Shown: piece by piece, positions 47,806 through 57,290 of the stretch | Position numbering within the stretch: the stretch's first letter is position 1 | Layout: the number at the start of each line of letters is the position of its first letter | NCBI GenBank assembly: GCA_016294165.1 | Contig: JAEDCM010000004.1 | Location: 5,914 to 69,913 of the forward strand | DNA: 64,000 nucleotides | Reading direction: 5' to 3' | DNA from: Anaeroplasmataceae bacterium | GTDB lineage: Bacteria > Bacillota_I > Bacilli_A > Acholeplasmatales > JAEDCM01 | Translations under genes and position numbers: made by a program | Notes under the pieces: generated by a model | Databases searched by the model: none | Told to the model about the DNA's origin: nothing | Seen by the model: the letters and a program-made list of their open reading frames with translations, nothing else

Positions 47806-48555
47806 TTATTTAACATCTATTTCTAGTTCAACAGGAGCATGATCACTTCCCATTATTGTTGTATTAATCTTTGCATCAATTATTTTATTCTTTAGACAAT
47901 CAGAAACTATAAAATAATCGATACGCCACCCAGCATTATTTGCTCTAGCATTAAATCTATAACTCCACCATGAATATAAAATTTTTTCAGGATATAAATA
48001 ACGGAAAGTATCAATAAATCCACTATTCAATAATTCTGTTAGCTTATTTCTCTCTTCAATCGTAAATCCCGCATTTCTTAAATTGGCCTTTGGATTTTTA
48101 ATATCTATTTCCTCATGAGCAACATTTAAATCACCACAATAGATTACCGGTTTATTTAAAGATAGTAAATATTCTTTTAAATCATCTTCAAAAACCATTC
48201 GATAATCTAATCTTTTTAATCCATCTTGACTATTTGGAACATATGCATTTACCAAATAAAAATTATCATATTCTAAAGTGATAACTCGTCCTTCATCATT
48301 GTACTTTCCATCCTTTAGCCCATAAAAAACACTTAATGGTTTTTCTTTAGCATAAATTAAGGTTCCGCTATAGCCCTTTTTAATTGCACTATTCATATAA
48401 ATGTTATATCCTGGTATACTTATGTCTGCTTGTCCCTCTTGCATTTTTGTCTCTTGAATGCAAAAAAAGTCCGCATCACTTTCTTTAATATAGTTAAACA
48501 ATCCCTTTTCCATACATGCTCTTATTCCATTGACATTAAAGCTTATTAATCTCAT
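47806..48555 (-). CDS. xth: exodeoxyribonuclease III
   Basis: MRLISFNVNGIRA, FCIQETK, CGDLNVAH, and SDHAPVELE. Confidence 0.9.
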   Translation of the reverse strand: MRLISFNVNGIRACMEKGLFNYIKESDADFFCIQETKMQEGQADISIPGYNIYMNSAIKKGYSGTLIYAKEKPLSVFYGLKDGKYNDEGRVITLEYDNFYLVNAYVPNSQDGLKRLDYRMVFEDDLKEYLLSLNKPVIYCGDLNVAHEEIDIKNPKANLRNAGFTIEERNKLTELLNSGFIDTFRYLYPEKILYSWWSYRFNARANNAGWRIDYFIVSDCLKNKIIDAKINTTIMGSDHAPVELEIDVK

Positions 48556-48774
48556 AATCATCACCATAAACATTATACTTTAAAACAATAAAAAATGCAA
48601 AAAATGTGAGTTTAAAATAAACCCACATTTTAATAACTTGTATTATAAATCCTTTTGAAAGTAACTTCTCATCGTTAATTTAAATATTCTTTTTTCCTGT
48701 CCAAAACGACTCTTCATAGACAATATTTAACCCATCTCTTTTGGCATTAAATTTATATAAAAATCACTTTTCTA

Positions 48775-50085
48775 TTAACTACTATGATGAATCCTTTTAA
48801 AATAATACATCATTTTTTCAGCCTCAGATATCATATTCTTAACACTATCTGTTTTGGCTTTATAAACCGATCCAAACGAGCAAGATATACGATTAAACTT
48901 AATTGATGAATGTATTTTTTTATTAATTGACTCAAATACTTCATTCTCAACGTTTTTGGCAATCACTACAAATTCATCACCACCGATACGATAAATATTG
49001 CAGCCATCGCAATCAATAGCTCTCAAAATTTCAGAAAAATCAATTAGTAATTTATCACCTGCATCATGTCCATATTGATCATTGGTTTCCTTTAAATCAT
49101 CAAGATCAAAATAAATTACACCAATTTTTTCTTGTGCCTCATTATAAACCTTTTCTAAATCGTTTATATATTTGTTTTTATTATATAAATTAGTTAATAA
49201 ATCATTATTCCCTAATGCGTATAATCCTTGATTATATAAAAATGAATTAATAATAAAAAAGCATGTTTTGTATAATATTTTATATAGACGATCACCATAA
49301 TCTGATTTTATATTTCTAACTACTAAAACATATTCGACATTATCAAACTCCCAAAACATTGTAAAAAAATCATTTACATCTTCCTCTTTCATGTACCTTT
49401 GTGCAATTGGGAAATCATCTAATTCACTAGCAAACAAATGAATAAACATATTGTCCTTATAAATTCTATTATATTCATAATCACCAACGATAACTGATCT
49501 TATGATTTTATCAAAAGGTAATTTTCTAATGTTTTTTTCTGAAAAAACATAATTAAATGCCTCTTTATTATCGCAGTATTTAATTAATCTTACTCCATCA
49601 GCTCTTAATAAATCTCTAACATCCTTTAATAACTTATTACACTGTTTCTCAATAGAAATATTGAAATCTATCGAAGAAATAGCGATAAGTATTTTTTCAT
49701 ATGCCTCGTGCTCACGTTTTGTCATTTCAGACTCATTCATGATGCTATCGATATTTAAAAATGTGTTTATTGCACATTTTACTCCATCAATCATCACCGT
49801 ATATTTTTTACCACGGTAATACTTTCCATCGATAATCTTATTAGTAACCTTATATAAATCATGATTTAAATTTTTACCAAAATCATCTAAAAAAAGCTTT
49901 GCCTTACACTGACTACAAACACATAATTTATTATCGAATAATTCCTTGCATTTTTTACCAATGTAATCATTTCCTAATACTTTTCGGGCTTCTTTATTCA
50001 TATAAATAAGATTTCCCGTTTCGATTTCATGAATTGTAACGATTTCCTGAGCATCTTCTAAAACAACAAATTCATTATGTTCCAT
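48775..50085 (-). CDS. diguanylate cyclase (GGDEF) with N-terminal PAS-like, Cys-rich sensor region
   Basis: The C-terminus has GVIYFDLDDLKETNDQYGHDAGD and RIGGDEF. The N-terminus has IVTIHEIETGNLIYMNKEARKVLG followed by C46-x8-C55-x-C57-x2-C60. Confidence 0.8.
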   Translation of the reverse strand: MEHNEFVVLEDAQEIVTIHEIETGNLIYMNKEARKVLGNDYIGKKCKELFDNKLCVCSQCKAKLFLDDFGKNLNHDLYKVTNKIIDGKYYRGKKYTVMIDGVKCAINTFLNIDSIMNESEMTKREHEAYEKILIAISSIDFNISIEKQCNKLLKDVRDLLRADGVRLIKYCDNKEAFNYVFSEKNIRKLPFDKIIRSVIVGDYEYNRIYKDNMFIHLFASELDDFPIAQRYMKEEDVNDFFTMFWEFDNVEYVLVVRNIKSDYGDRLYKILYKTCFFIINSFLYNQGLYALGNNDLLTNLYNKNKYINDLEKVYNEAQEKIGVIYFDLDDLKETNDQYGHDAGDKLLIDFSEILRAIDCDGCNIYRIGGDEFVVIAKNVENEVFESINKKIHSSIKFNRISCSFGSVYKAKTDSVKNMISEAEKMMYYFKRIHHSS

Positions 50086-50165
50086 AATAGCACCTCATTT
50101 TTATGTCTATTATATAATAGATTTTTACTTAAATCTACAAAATATGGAAAAATATGTCAAATCAT

Positions 50166-51107
50166 TTATTCAGGCTCATTAATTTTTATAAAGCCCATTT
50201 CTTTCATCTTATTATTAAGGTTGATAATCATTTTATTTGTTTGAAAATATCTTACTAGAAAACCAATAGAATAAGGAAATATTAAAATCTCTGATAAGAT
50301 AGCGCAAATGATCAATAAATAAATATTATAGTTCATTATAGGATTCTTTCCCTTAATAATCTTTCCTTCAATTTTCCCATCAACGACATTTCCAGTATAA
50401 TAATAATCTGCATAAAATTTACTTGAAGTAAGTTTGATATTAATTTCTTTATTCTCGATAGAGTCTATATAATATGTATGATGCTCTCGATCAATTAAGC
50501 TATATTTATGTGCAATCAAAATAAACCAACCAAGTAAAATGAAAATAACACCAACAAAAGATCCAACAAGGCCATTTATAACATTTAGATTATCATCTGA
50601 TGCAAAGGATGTTAGTGCGATTTCTGTTAGAACAATTGCCGTGCATGCTGAACAAAAATTGATTATTTTAATATTACGATAATAGTGTCCTTTGCCATAG
50701 GCCTTAACTATTCCAGTAATTGCAACTCCCATTTCTACAAATGACACAAAAGCTATAATAATTCCAATAAATTCACCATATTCAAAAATAGGAATATCTA
50801 AAAAAATGTACCTAATCATATAAATTATATAACATAAGCCAGAAGCCATAAGTAATAAAGATATTATCCTTGTACGCTTAAAAAAATTCTTTTTTTGAGG
50901 ATTAATAATTCCTTGAAAGCACTCATATTTAGAAAGCATAATCAAAAGATTGATTATCCCTGAAATCAAAAAGAAAATAGTGCTAAACAATGAAAGTAAA
51001 ATCTTACCTACTCCAAGTATAAAGTTAAAAACAATTGATATTCTAGTATTGAAAACTGTTTTTTCCTTAAAATCTAAAAAACGATATTTATTGATAAGCT
51101 CTTTCAT
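50166..51107 (-). CDS. polytopic membrane protein of unknown function
   Basis: About 313 aa with 6-7 TM helices. No family recognised. Confidence 0.4.
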   Translation of the reverse strand: MKELINKYRFLDFKEKTVFNTRISIVFNFILGVGKILLSLFSTIFFLISGIINLLIMLSKYECFQGIINPQKKNFFKRTRIISLLLMASGLCYIIYMIRYIFLDIPIFEYGEFIGIIIAFVSFVEMGVAITGIVKAYGKGHYYRNIKIINFCSACTAIVLTEIALTSFASDDNLNVINGLVGSFVGVIFILLGWFILIAHKYSLIDREHHTYYIDSIENKEINIKLTSSKFYADYYYTGNVVDGKIEGKIIKGKNPIMNYNIYLLIICAILSEILIFPYSIGFLVRYFQTNKMIINLNNKMKEMGFIKINEPE

Positions 51108-51269
51108 ACAATACCTCACTACTATGTAAAATTATACCACACTTTATTATAAATCAATTTACAACTTCTGTTTTCAACAATAAACCCATAACATGTACAG
51201 TTAATCTTTCTAAAATAACATCCCGTGAAAGTTTATTTTTAGGTCTTTATTTCAATTACATTTATAAAA

Positions 51270-52823
51270 TTATAGCATCGGTATAAATATTCTAACAAAA
51301 ATTTTAAATAATCGCATAAATACACCATTTTTCACCTTTATATCATTCATATAAATAGAATTGCTATATGTGTCTATAAAATCTTTTTTCATCACTCTTA
51401 TTTCTGTACTTTTATATATTAATACTCCATTTTCAAAATGATGAACTAAACTTCGATAATCTAAATTGATTGTCCCAATCATCGCTAATTCATCATCACA
51501 AATAAATAACTTTGAATGAATGAAACCAGGCTCATATTCATAAATCTTTACTCCCTTTTTAATTAACTCCTGATAATTTGACTTTGTAATTTCAAAAACG
51601 ATTTTCTTATCAGGAATATGGGGGACAATTATTCTTACATCAACACCTCTTTTACATGCATTAGCTATAGCATTTTGCATTTCACTATCCACAATTAAAT
51701 ATGGTGTTGTAATATAAACGTAGTCCTTAGCTTGATTAAGCATATTCATTATAACAATCTTACTGACGTTCTCATTATATATAGGTCTTGGCCCATCGCC
51801 AAATGGCATTATAAATTCATCAGATACTGTCTCATTTTTTTTATATATTTTAGAGATTTCAATATCTATTTTCTTTTTATTTAAGTAAAAATCGATCAGG
51901 AATAATCTAGAAAATTCATTTGTAGCATTTCCTTCAATTCGGATACCAGTATCCTTCCAATACCCAAATCTCTTTTTATGATTAATATATTCGTCCGCTA
52001 TATTGATTCCACCTGTATAGGAAATCATACCATCGATTACTAATATTTTTCGGTGATTTCGATTGTTAAACTCACTATTTGCACTTCCTTTTAATCTTGA
52101 AAATGTTGTCGCGTCGATTCCCATTTTTCTTAAACTTTTAAAATAATCTCCTGGTAAAGTTGACATACATCCAATATCATCCCAAATTACCTTAACCATA
52201 ATACTTTTCGCTTTTTCTTTTAAAACTTCTAAAATAGAATCCCAAAAAACTCCATTTTCCACAATAAAATATTCTAGTAGAATATACTCATTAGCATTCT
52301 TTAAATCATTTAATAAATCCGCAAAATAATCTTCTCCACATGAATAATACTTAATATTAGAATCACTATATAAATGGGTATCGGATATTTGTTGTAGATG
52401 GTAAAATTGTGATTTAATGAGCTTATCATCAATCTCTGAAAAAGAATTTGAATCATCAATTTTGAAGCTACTTTTGATTTTATTTAATCTTTTAATATAT
52501 TTTTTTGATAGTTTTCTATAATAAAATAGAAAATATAACATATAACCAATGATTGGTAATAAAATAACAATCACGATCCATGGAACCTTATAATCCGGAT
52601 TATCATTTGAACAAACAATAGCTGACAACACTCCAACCTGAGTCAAAACTGATAAAACCCAAAAATATGGAATATATATACATAAAAGTATTACTATAGC
52701 AATTATTAATAAGGTTTCAATTATTGTGAGTAATATGGCAATTATATATCTTATAGGTATGTAATTAATCTCCTTAATTACCGGTTTTCCCAATTTATCA
52801 TATGATTTAACTTTTCTTTTCAT
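51270..52823 (-). CDS. cls: cardiolipin synthase
   Basis: Two N-terminal TM helices and two HKD motifs (HRKILVIDG and HSKLFICDD). ATG 52823 is preceded by GAGG; the track start at 52844 is TTG. Confidence 0.85.
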   Translation of the reverse strand: MKRKVKSYDKLGKPVIKEINYIPIRYIIAILLTIIETLLIIAIVILLCIYIPYFWVLSVLTQVGVLSAIVCSNDNPDYKVPWIVIVILLPIIGYMLYFLFYYRKLSKKYIKRLNKIKSSFKIDDSNSFSEIDDKLIKSQFYHLQQISDTHLYSDSNIKYYSCGEDYFADLLNDLKNANEYILLEYFIVENGVFWDSILEVLKEKAKSIMVKVIWDDIGCMSTLPGDYFKSLRKMGIDATTFSRLKGSANSEFNNRNHRKILVIDGMISYTGGINIADEYINHKKRFGYWKDTGIRIEGNATNEFSRLFLIDFYLNKKKIDIEISKIYKKNETVSDEFIMPFGDGPRPIYNENVSKIVIMNMLNQAKDYVYITTPYLIVDSEMQNAIANACKRGVDVRIIVPHIPDKKIVFEITKSNYQELIKKGVKIYEYEPGFIHSKLFICDDELAMIGTINLDYRSLVHHFENGVLIYKSTEIRVMKKDFIDTYSNSIYMNDIKVKNGVFMRLFKIFVRIFIPML

Positions 52824-52840
52824 ATAAACCTCAAAAAAGC

Positions 52841-53161
52841 TCAATTAGAGCTTTTGTTTTCACATGCTGCATCATATCGCTTGTTAGCACATTCTATTCT
52901 TTTTTGGGCTAATGCAATTTGTTCTTCTTGTTTATTTTTTGTTATTTCTCTTCTTTTAGATGGACTTAAATGCGCCTCATCCCAAATTCTCTTAGAATCT
53001 TCTTTTGCCCTTTTAAATGTATTTTTTCCTCTATTTTCTTCAAATGTTGCTTTTGATTCTGCTTTTACTGCTTTGAAATTTGCTTTGTCAACTTCATGTT
53101 GCATTTTGGCACTTTCCTTCATATCCATAAATGGTTTTTTGATGATTTCTCTAATTGCCAT
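52841..53161 (-). CDS. 106-aa Lys/Glu-rich soluble protein (hypothetical)
   Basis: MAIREIIKKPFMDMKESAKMQHEVDKANFKAVKAESKATFEENRGK... AGGAGAG lies 6 nt upstream of the ATG at 53161. It sits between the 113-aa membrane protein gene and cls. The antisense track ORF 52854..53183(+) is rejected. Confidence 0.45.
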   Translation of the reverse strand: MAIREIIKKPFMDMKESAKMQHEVDKANFKAVKAESKATFEENRGKNTFKRAKEDSKRIWDEAHLSPSKRREITKNKQEEQIALAQKRIECANKRYDAACENKSSN

Positions 53162-53171
53162 TTTTTCTCTC

Positions 53172-53513
53172 CTATTCATTTAATAATTTATTACTTAAAT
53201 TTAAAATATTTTCACAATACTTTTCCTTTCTTGATGATAAGATTCTTTTATAAATTGGATATGTTAATAAGCATAATCCAATTCCAATTACTCCTACACC
53301 TATTCCTAACCACATATAACCTTTTAGAATTTCTTCCATCGCAACACACATTCCAAACCCTAGTATTAAAGTGCTTATAGAACCAAAGACATATCCAAAG
53401 ATAATCGCTGGTCTTTTAACCATTTTATCTAATTCTTTTAATCGTTCTAAATCTGTTTTTTCTTGGCTACCGTATTGTTTGATAAGTTTATTGGCATATT
53501 GTTTATTTGTCAT
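53172..53513 (-). CDS. 113-aa two-TM protein, paralog of 53643..54020
   Basis: AAGGAGG RBS. LERLKELDKMVKRPAIIFGYVFGSISTLILGFGM...YPIYKRILSSRKEKYCENILNLSNKLLNE aligns with the 125-aa protein (IERLRELDGKVKNTPIITSLSLGIIGVLIFGLGL...YPVYLKIYDKQKNKYQEEILSLSEKLLNE). Confidence 0.5.
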   Translation of the reverse strand: MTNKQYANKLIKQYGSQEKTDLERLKELDKMVKRPAIIFGYVFGSISTLILGFGMCVAMEEILKGYMWLGIGVGVIGIGLCLLTYPIYKRILSSRKEKYCENILNLSNKLLNE

Positions 53514-53553
53514 TTTATATTCCTCCTTAATTTACACTCATATTTTATTAAAT

Positions 53554-53598
53554 GAATGTTAAAATTATATTTGGATTTTGTAAGGATATTGTAAGAGT
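53554..53598 (-). promoter_or_regulatory. candidate response-regulator box / promoter block, copy 1 (CTTACAA-N4-CTTACAA)
   Basis: Minus strand ACTCTTACAATATCCTTACAAAA (53598..53576) is 22/23 identical to 55811..55789. Similarity continues about 20 nt toward the gene. The box lies 63-85 nt upstream of the ATG at 53513. Confidence 0.45.
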
Positions 53599-53611
53599 TA
53601 TTATTTTTTTA

Positions 53612-53644
53612 GGCGTAAAAATAAAAGACCTCATTTTAGGTCTT
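53612..53644 (-). terminator. intrinsic terminator after the RR-HK-125aa operon
   Basis: Minus strand: AAGACCT-AAAATG-AGGTCTT followed by TTATTTTT. It overlaps the stop codon. Confidence 0.65.
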
Positions 53645-54020
53645 ATTCATCTTCTTCATTTAAAAGTTTTTCGCTTAATGAAAGTATTTCTTCCTGATAT
53701 TTATTCTTTTGTTTATCATAAATTTTTAGATAAACTGGATAAGAAACCCCCACCGGTATACATCCAATAGCCATTACAATAATCCCATAAATAATTATGT
53801 CAAATACTAATATCATTGATAATCCTAATCCAAATATCAAAACACCTATTATTCCTAAGGATAAGCTTGTGATAATTGGAGTATTTTTTACCTTTCCATC
53901 TAATTCTCTTAGCCTTTCAATTGATGACTTAATTTTAGGCAAATAACTTCTCCTAATGCTTTCAATTTCTTCTCTTTCACTTTCATTTAGAGCTTTATAT
54001 TTATAATTAAATGTGCTCAT
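53643..54020 (-). CDS. 125-aa two-TM protein, paralog of 53172..53513
   Basis: See the paralog alignment above. The start shares 1 nt with the kinase stop (TAATG), so it is translationally coupled. Confidence 0.5.
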   Translation of the reverse strand: MSTFNYKYKALNESEREEIESIRRSYLPKIKSSIERLRELDGKVKNTPIITSLSLGIIGVLIFGLGLSMILVFDIIIYGIIVMAIGCIPVGVSYPVYLKIYDKQKNKYQEEILSLSEKLLNEEDE

Positions 54021-55066
54021 TAAAATCCTCTTTTCTCTTTATAAACTGTAACCATAAATGTCGAACCAACACCAATCTCACTTGAAACAGATATTTCACC
54101 ACCAATTATATCAATTACTCTTTTAACAAGTGCCAATCCTAATCCATTACCCTCATTGGCATGCGATGTATCCCCTTGATAGAATTTTTCAAAGATTCTT
54201 TCACCTGTTTCTTTATTCATTCCACATCCAGAATCTTTTACCTTGATAATAATTTTATCTTCATAATCTTTTAATGAAATAAAAATCTTTCCATACTCAT
54301 CGGTAAACTTAACAGCATTAGAAATTAGATTATTCCAAATCATATCCAAATATGAAATCTCAATTTTCATCACTACTTCATCAATGTCACATTCTAACTC
54401 AATATTCTTTTTTCCAATAATATCCTCATAACTTAAAATTGCTTCAGCTAATAAATTAGAAATATTAGCCTCCGTTTTTGTTTCACTGATTATTTGATTA
54501 TCTAGTTTATTTAATTTTAAAATATTAGTCACTAAAGATGTTAATCTTTTAGCAGCTGCTAAGAGATTATCTCCATATTCTTTTATTTCTTCTTTACTGA
54601 TATTTTCATCTGAAAGAAGTTGAGCATAATTATTAATAATCGTAATCGGCGTTTTTATTTCATGACTAACATTAGCAATAAAATCACTCTTTAAAACTTC
54701 ACTTTTATCCAGTTCTTTAGCCATTTTATTAATATTACTTATTATTTGATCAAATGCATCATACTGTCCAAATCTATGCAATTTATTGATTGTTACTTTA
54801 AAATTTCCTGATGTAATTTCATCAGTTGCATTTAATATTATCTTTACCGGCTTATCGATAGTTATTTTTCTTCTTATATAATCAATTAATGCGTATAAAA
54901 ATGTAATAAAAAAAACATTAATTAAAAGAAAAATTGCGGTATATCCTATTTTATTTTCAAAATTACTCTTTAGATTATCATATAACAAAACTGAACATGT
55001 TGTGCTGAAGGCTACACAAAAAAATAACAATAAATATCCGAAAACAAAAGTTTTAATTTTTTTCAT
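54020..55066 (-). CDS. sensor histidine kinase, intramembrane-sensing type
   Basis: Two TM helices separated by only about 14 residues, a HAMP-like linker, the H-box NVSHEIKTPIT, and ATPase boxes ISNAVKF, DSGCGM, GNGLGLA. Confidence 0.85.
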   Translation of the reverse strand: MKKIKTFVFGYLLLFFCVAFSTTCSVLLYDNLKSNFENKIGYTAIFLLINVFFITFLYALIDYIRRKITIDKPVKIILNATDEITSGNFKVTINKLHRFGQYDAFDQIISNINKMAKELDKSEVLKSDFIANVSHEIKTPITIINNYAQLLSDENISKEEIKEYGDNLLAAAKRLTSLVTNILKLNKLDNQIISETKTEANISNLLAEAILSYEDIIGKKNIELECDIDEVVMKIEISYLDMIWNNLISNAVKFTDEYGKIFISLKDYEDKIIIKVKDSGCGMNKETGERIFEKFYQGDTSHANEGNGLGLALVKRVIDIIGGEISVSSEIGVGSTFMVTVYKEKRGF

Positions 55067-55734
55067 TTTAAAATCACCTTATAACCTAAGCCATGGACAG
55101 TAACTATTTCAAATTCTTCAACCTTGCTTACCTTTTTTCTCAATTCTGACACACAAACATCAACCGCTCTAGAGGTTGCGGAGCTATCATATCCCCAAAA
55201 TTCATCCATTAGCTTTCCTCTTGAAAATGTTTTTTTAGGATAAGATAATAATTTAAACAAAATTTGGAATTCTTTAACGGTTAAATTCATTTCATCATCA
55301 TTATATAAAGCTGAATGCTCCTCTTCATTGATGATAAAGTTACCGATCTTTATTTCCTTTTTTTCTTCAATCTTTAATCTTTTAATAATTGCATTAATAC
55401 GCATTTTTAATTCTGATAATTCAAAAGGCTTAACAATGTAATCATCTATTCCAATATCATATCCCTTTTCCTTTGATTTTATATCATCCTTAGCTGTCAT
55501 AAAAATGATTGGAATATGCTTATCATTAATCCTAATAGCATCTGCTAATTCGAATCCATCCATATTAGGCATCATAATATCGGTTATAATCAAATCAAAT
55601 TTTTCATCCTCATATCTTTCTATAGCATCTTCTCCATTAAAAGAACTTATAACATCAAATCCATTATTGGTAAGATATTTTCTTGTGCTATCATTAAGAT
55701 TATGATCATCCTCAACTAATAGAATTTTAATCAT
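55063..55734 (-). CDS. OmpR/PhoB-family response regulator
   Basis: Receiver domain (ILLVEDD, DLIITDIMMPNMDG, TAKD) plus a winged helix (LTVKEFQILFKLL, VDVCVSELRKK, VHGLGYK). ATG 55734 is 10 nt after GGAG; the track start at 55743 is GTG. Confidence 0.9.
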   Translation of the reverse strand: MIKILLVEDDHNLNDSTRKYLTNNGFDVISSFNGEDAIERYEDEKFDLIITDIMMPNMDGFELADAIRINDKHIPIIFMTAKDDIKSKEKGYDIGIDDYIVKPFELSELKMRINAIIKRLKIEEKKEIKIGNFIINEEEHSALYNDDEMNLTVKEFQILFKLLSYPKKTFSRGKLMDEFWGYDSSATSRAVDVCVSELRKKVSKVEEFEIVTVHGLGYKVILK

Positions 55735-55766
55735 TTTTACCACGCTCCATAATCATTATAATTAAA

Positions 55767-55811
55767 AATTGTTAGAATAACATTAGAATTTTGTAAGGAT
55801 TTTGTAAGAGT
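55767..55811 (-). promoter_or_regulatory. candidate response-regulator box / promoter block, copy 2 (CTTACAA-N4-CTTACAA)
   Basis: Minus strand ACTCTTACAAAATCCTTACAAAA (55811..55789), 55-77 nt upstream of the regulator ATG. TATAAT lies further downstream. Confidence 0.45.
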
Positions 55812-55863
55812 AATTTTTATATTAAAAACACCAAATCGTTAGACATTTAACAAATTGGTGTTT

Positions 55864-57165
55864 TTATTCAGAATCTTTGCTATAAATATTATTTTTAAAT
55901 TCATCCCAATTATCCAAAAGGGCTGATAAAACAATTGGATCAAATTGTTTACCACTTTCCTCTTTTAAAATGGCAAAAGTTTTTTCAAAACTATAGGCTT
56001 CTTTATATTGCCTTTTGGAAAGCAAAGCATCTAAAACATCCGCTACAGCCATTATTCTAGCACAAAGCGGAATATGATTGCCACTTAAACCCATCGGGTA
56101 TCCTTTTCCATCATATCTTTCGTGATGATATAAGCAAACCTCTTTTGTTATTCCTAAATAATTAACATCTGTTAGTGTGTCATCAAAGTTGCTCAGTAAC
56201 TCAAATCCATACTCAGGATGTTTTTTCATTTCCTCATATTCCTCTATAGTCAGTTTCCCATTTTTGCATAGGATTGCATCTGGAATATGAATTTTACCAA
56301 TATCATGTAGCGGAGCCGCCTCAACAACTAAAAGAGCATATTCAGCATTCAGCTCATCCACATAAAGCTTGTTATTAATCATTTTATCAACTAAAAATTC
56401 GACATATTTAGCCGTATTTTTTATATGGTCACCGGTAATTTGATCGCGACTTTCAATTACCGAAGCTAGTGATACGATGATGTGTTGTTGATTTTCAACA
56501 ATTTCTTTTGACAATTTTAAATTTTTATTTTGCGTTTCAATTAATTTTTCTGTTCTTTTATCAATAACCGAATTCAAATGAATAACCATAGGGATTACAC
56601 CCATGATGACCAAGGATTTTGGAATTGCAAAATATAAAATATTCCTAAACCAATCAGGGTCTTTTATAATATCACTATAACTAAATTTTTTAATAAATTC
56701 TGATGTTTTATCTTTAGTATATACAAGCATATTAGCATCACATAATCCAAAATAATATCCAAAAACAACACTGAAGATGATTGATAGCGTACTAAGTATA
56801 TATGTATAAGTTATAACCCTTTTACTTCTATATTGAGCTGAAAAAATAATAGGAAAAATAAAAGATATCATGGTGTGATATGTTAAAAATGAATTAATAA
56901 ATGCATATATTAAAATCGTTAGAAACAATAAAATATATTTAACATACTCCTTATTAAAATCTAAAACAAATTGTATTGCCAAGGATATAAGAGCTACTAT
57001 TGTAACGCTTAAAACTGCGTATAAGAAGATTTTTGAATCAATGATAAATACGTCTAAAAGGTTTAAAATCCATGTTATATATAGTATCATAGTTGTGACT
57101 AAAATACACTTAATCAAAAATCTATTACTATTTGATTCTGAGTACTCAACATTAATATTATCCAT
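55864..57165 (-). CDS. HD-GYP domain c-di-GMP phosphodiesterase with N-terminal polytopic membrane domain
   Basis: About 7 TM helices, a coiled linker, then HDIGK...HHERYDGKGYP. Confidence 0.8.
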   Translation of the reverse strand: MDNINVEYSESNSNRFLIKCILVTTMILYITWILNLLDVFIIDSKIFLYAVLSVTIVALISLAIQFVLDFNKEYVKYILLFLTILIYAFINSFLTYHTMISFIFPIIFSAQYRSKRVITYTYILSTLSIIFSVVFGYYFGLCDANMLVYTKDKTSEFIKKFSYSDIIKDPDWFRNILYFAIPKSLVIMGVIPMVIHLNSVIDKRTEKLIETQNKNLKLSKEIVENQQHIIVSLASVIESRDQITGDHIKNTAKYVEFLVDKMINNKLYVDELNAEYALLVVEAAPLHDIGKIHIPDAILCKNGKLTIEEYEEMKKHPEYGFELLSNFDDTLTDVNYLGITKEVCLYHHERYDGKGYPMGLSGNHIPLCARIMAVADVLDALLSKRQYKEAYSFEKTFAILKEESGKQFDPIVLSALLDNWDEFKNNIYSKDSE

Positions 57166-57290
57166 ATCATCCCCTCCTATCCCTACTTCTATATTAACAT
57201 TTAATCATTCTTTTTAAAACCATTATATGTCTTTTTTCGACATTTTTTAAAACACCAAGCATGTATTATTAAAAAACGAAAAATCCATCA

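Noticed and set aside
52854-53183. A 109-aa hydrophobic plus-strand ORF is almost exactly antisense to the 112-aa Lys-rich minus-strand ORF, so it is unclear which one is real.
   Set aside because: I kept the minus-strand reading. It has an AGGAGAG RBS before the ATG at 53161, it is co-oriented with and tightly spaced between the 113-aa gene and cls, and the plus-strand ORF has no RBS or promoter context. This remains a judgement call.
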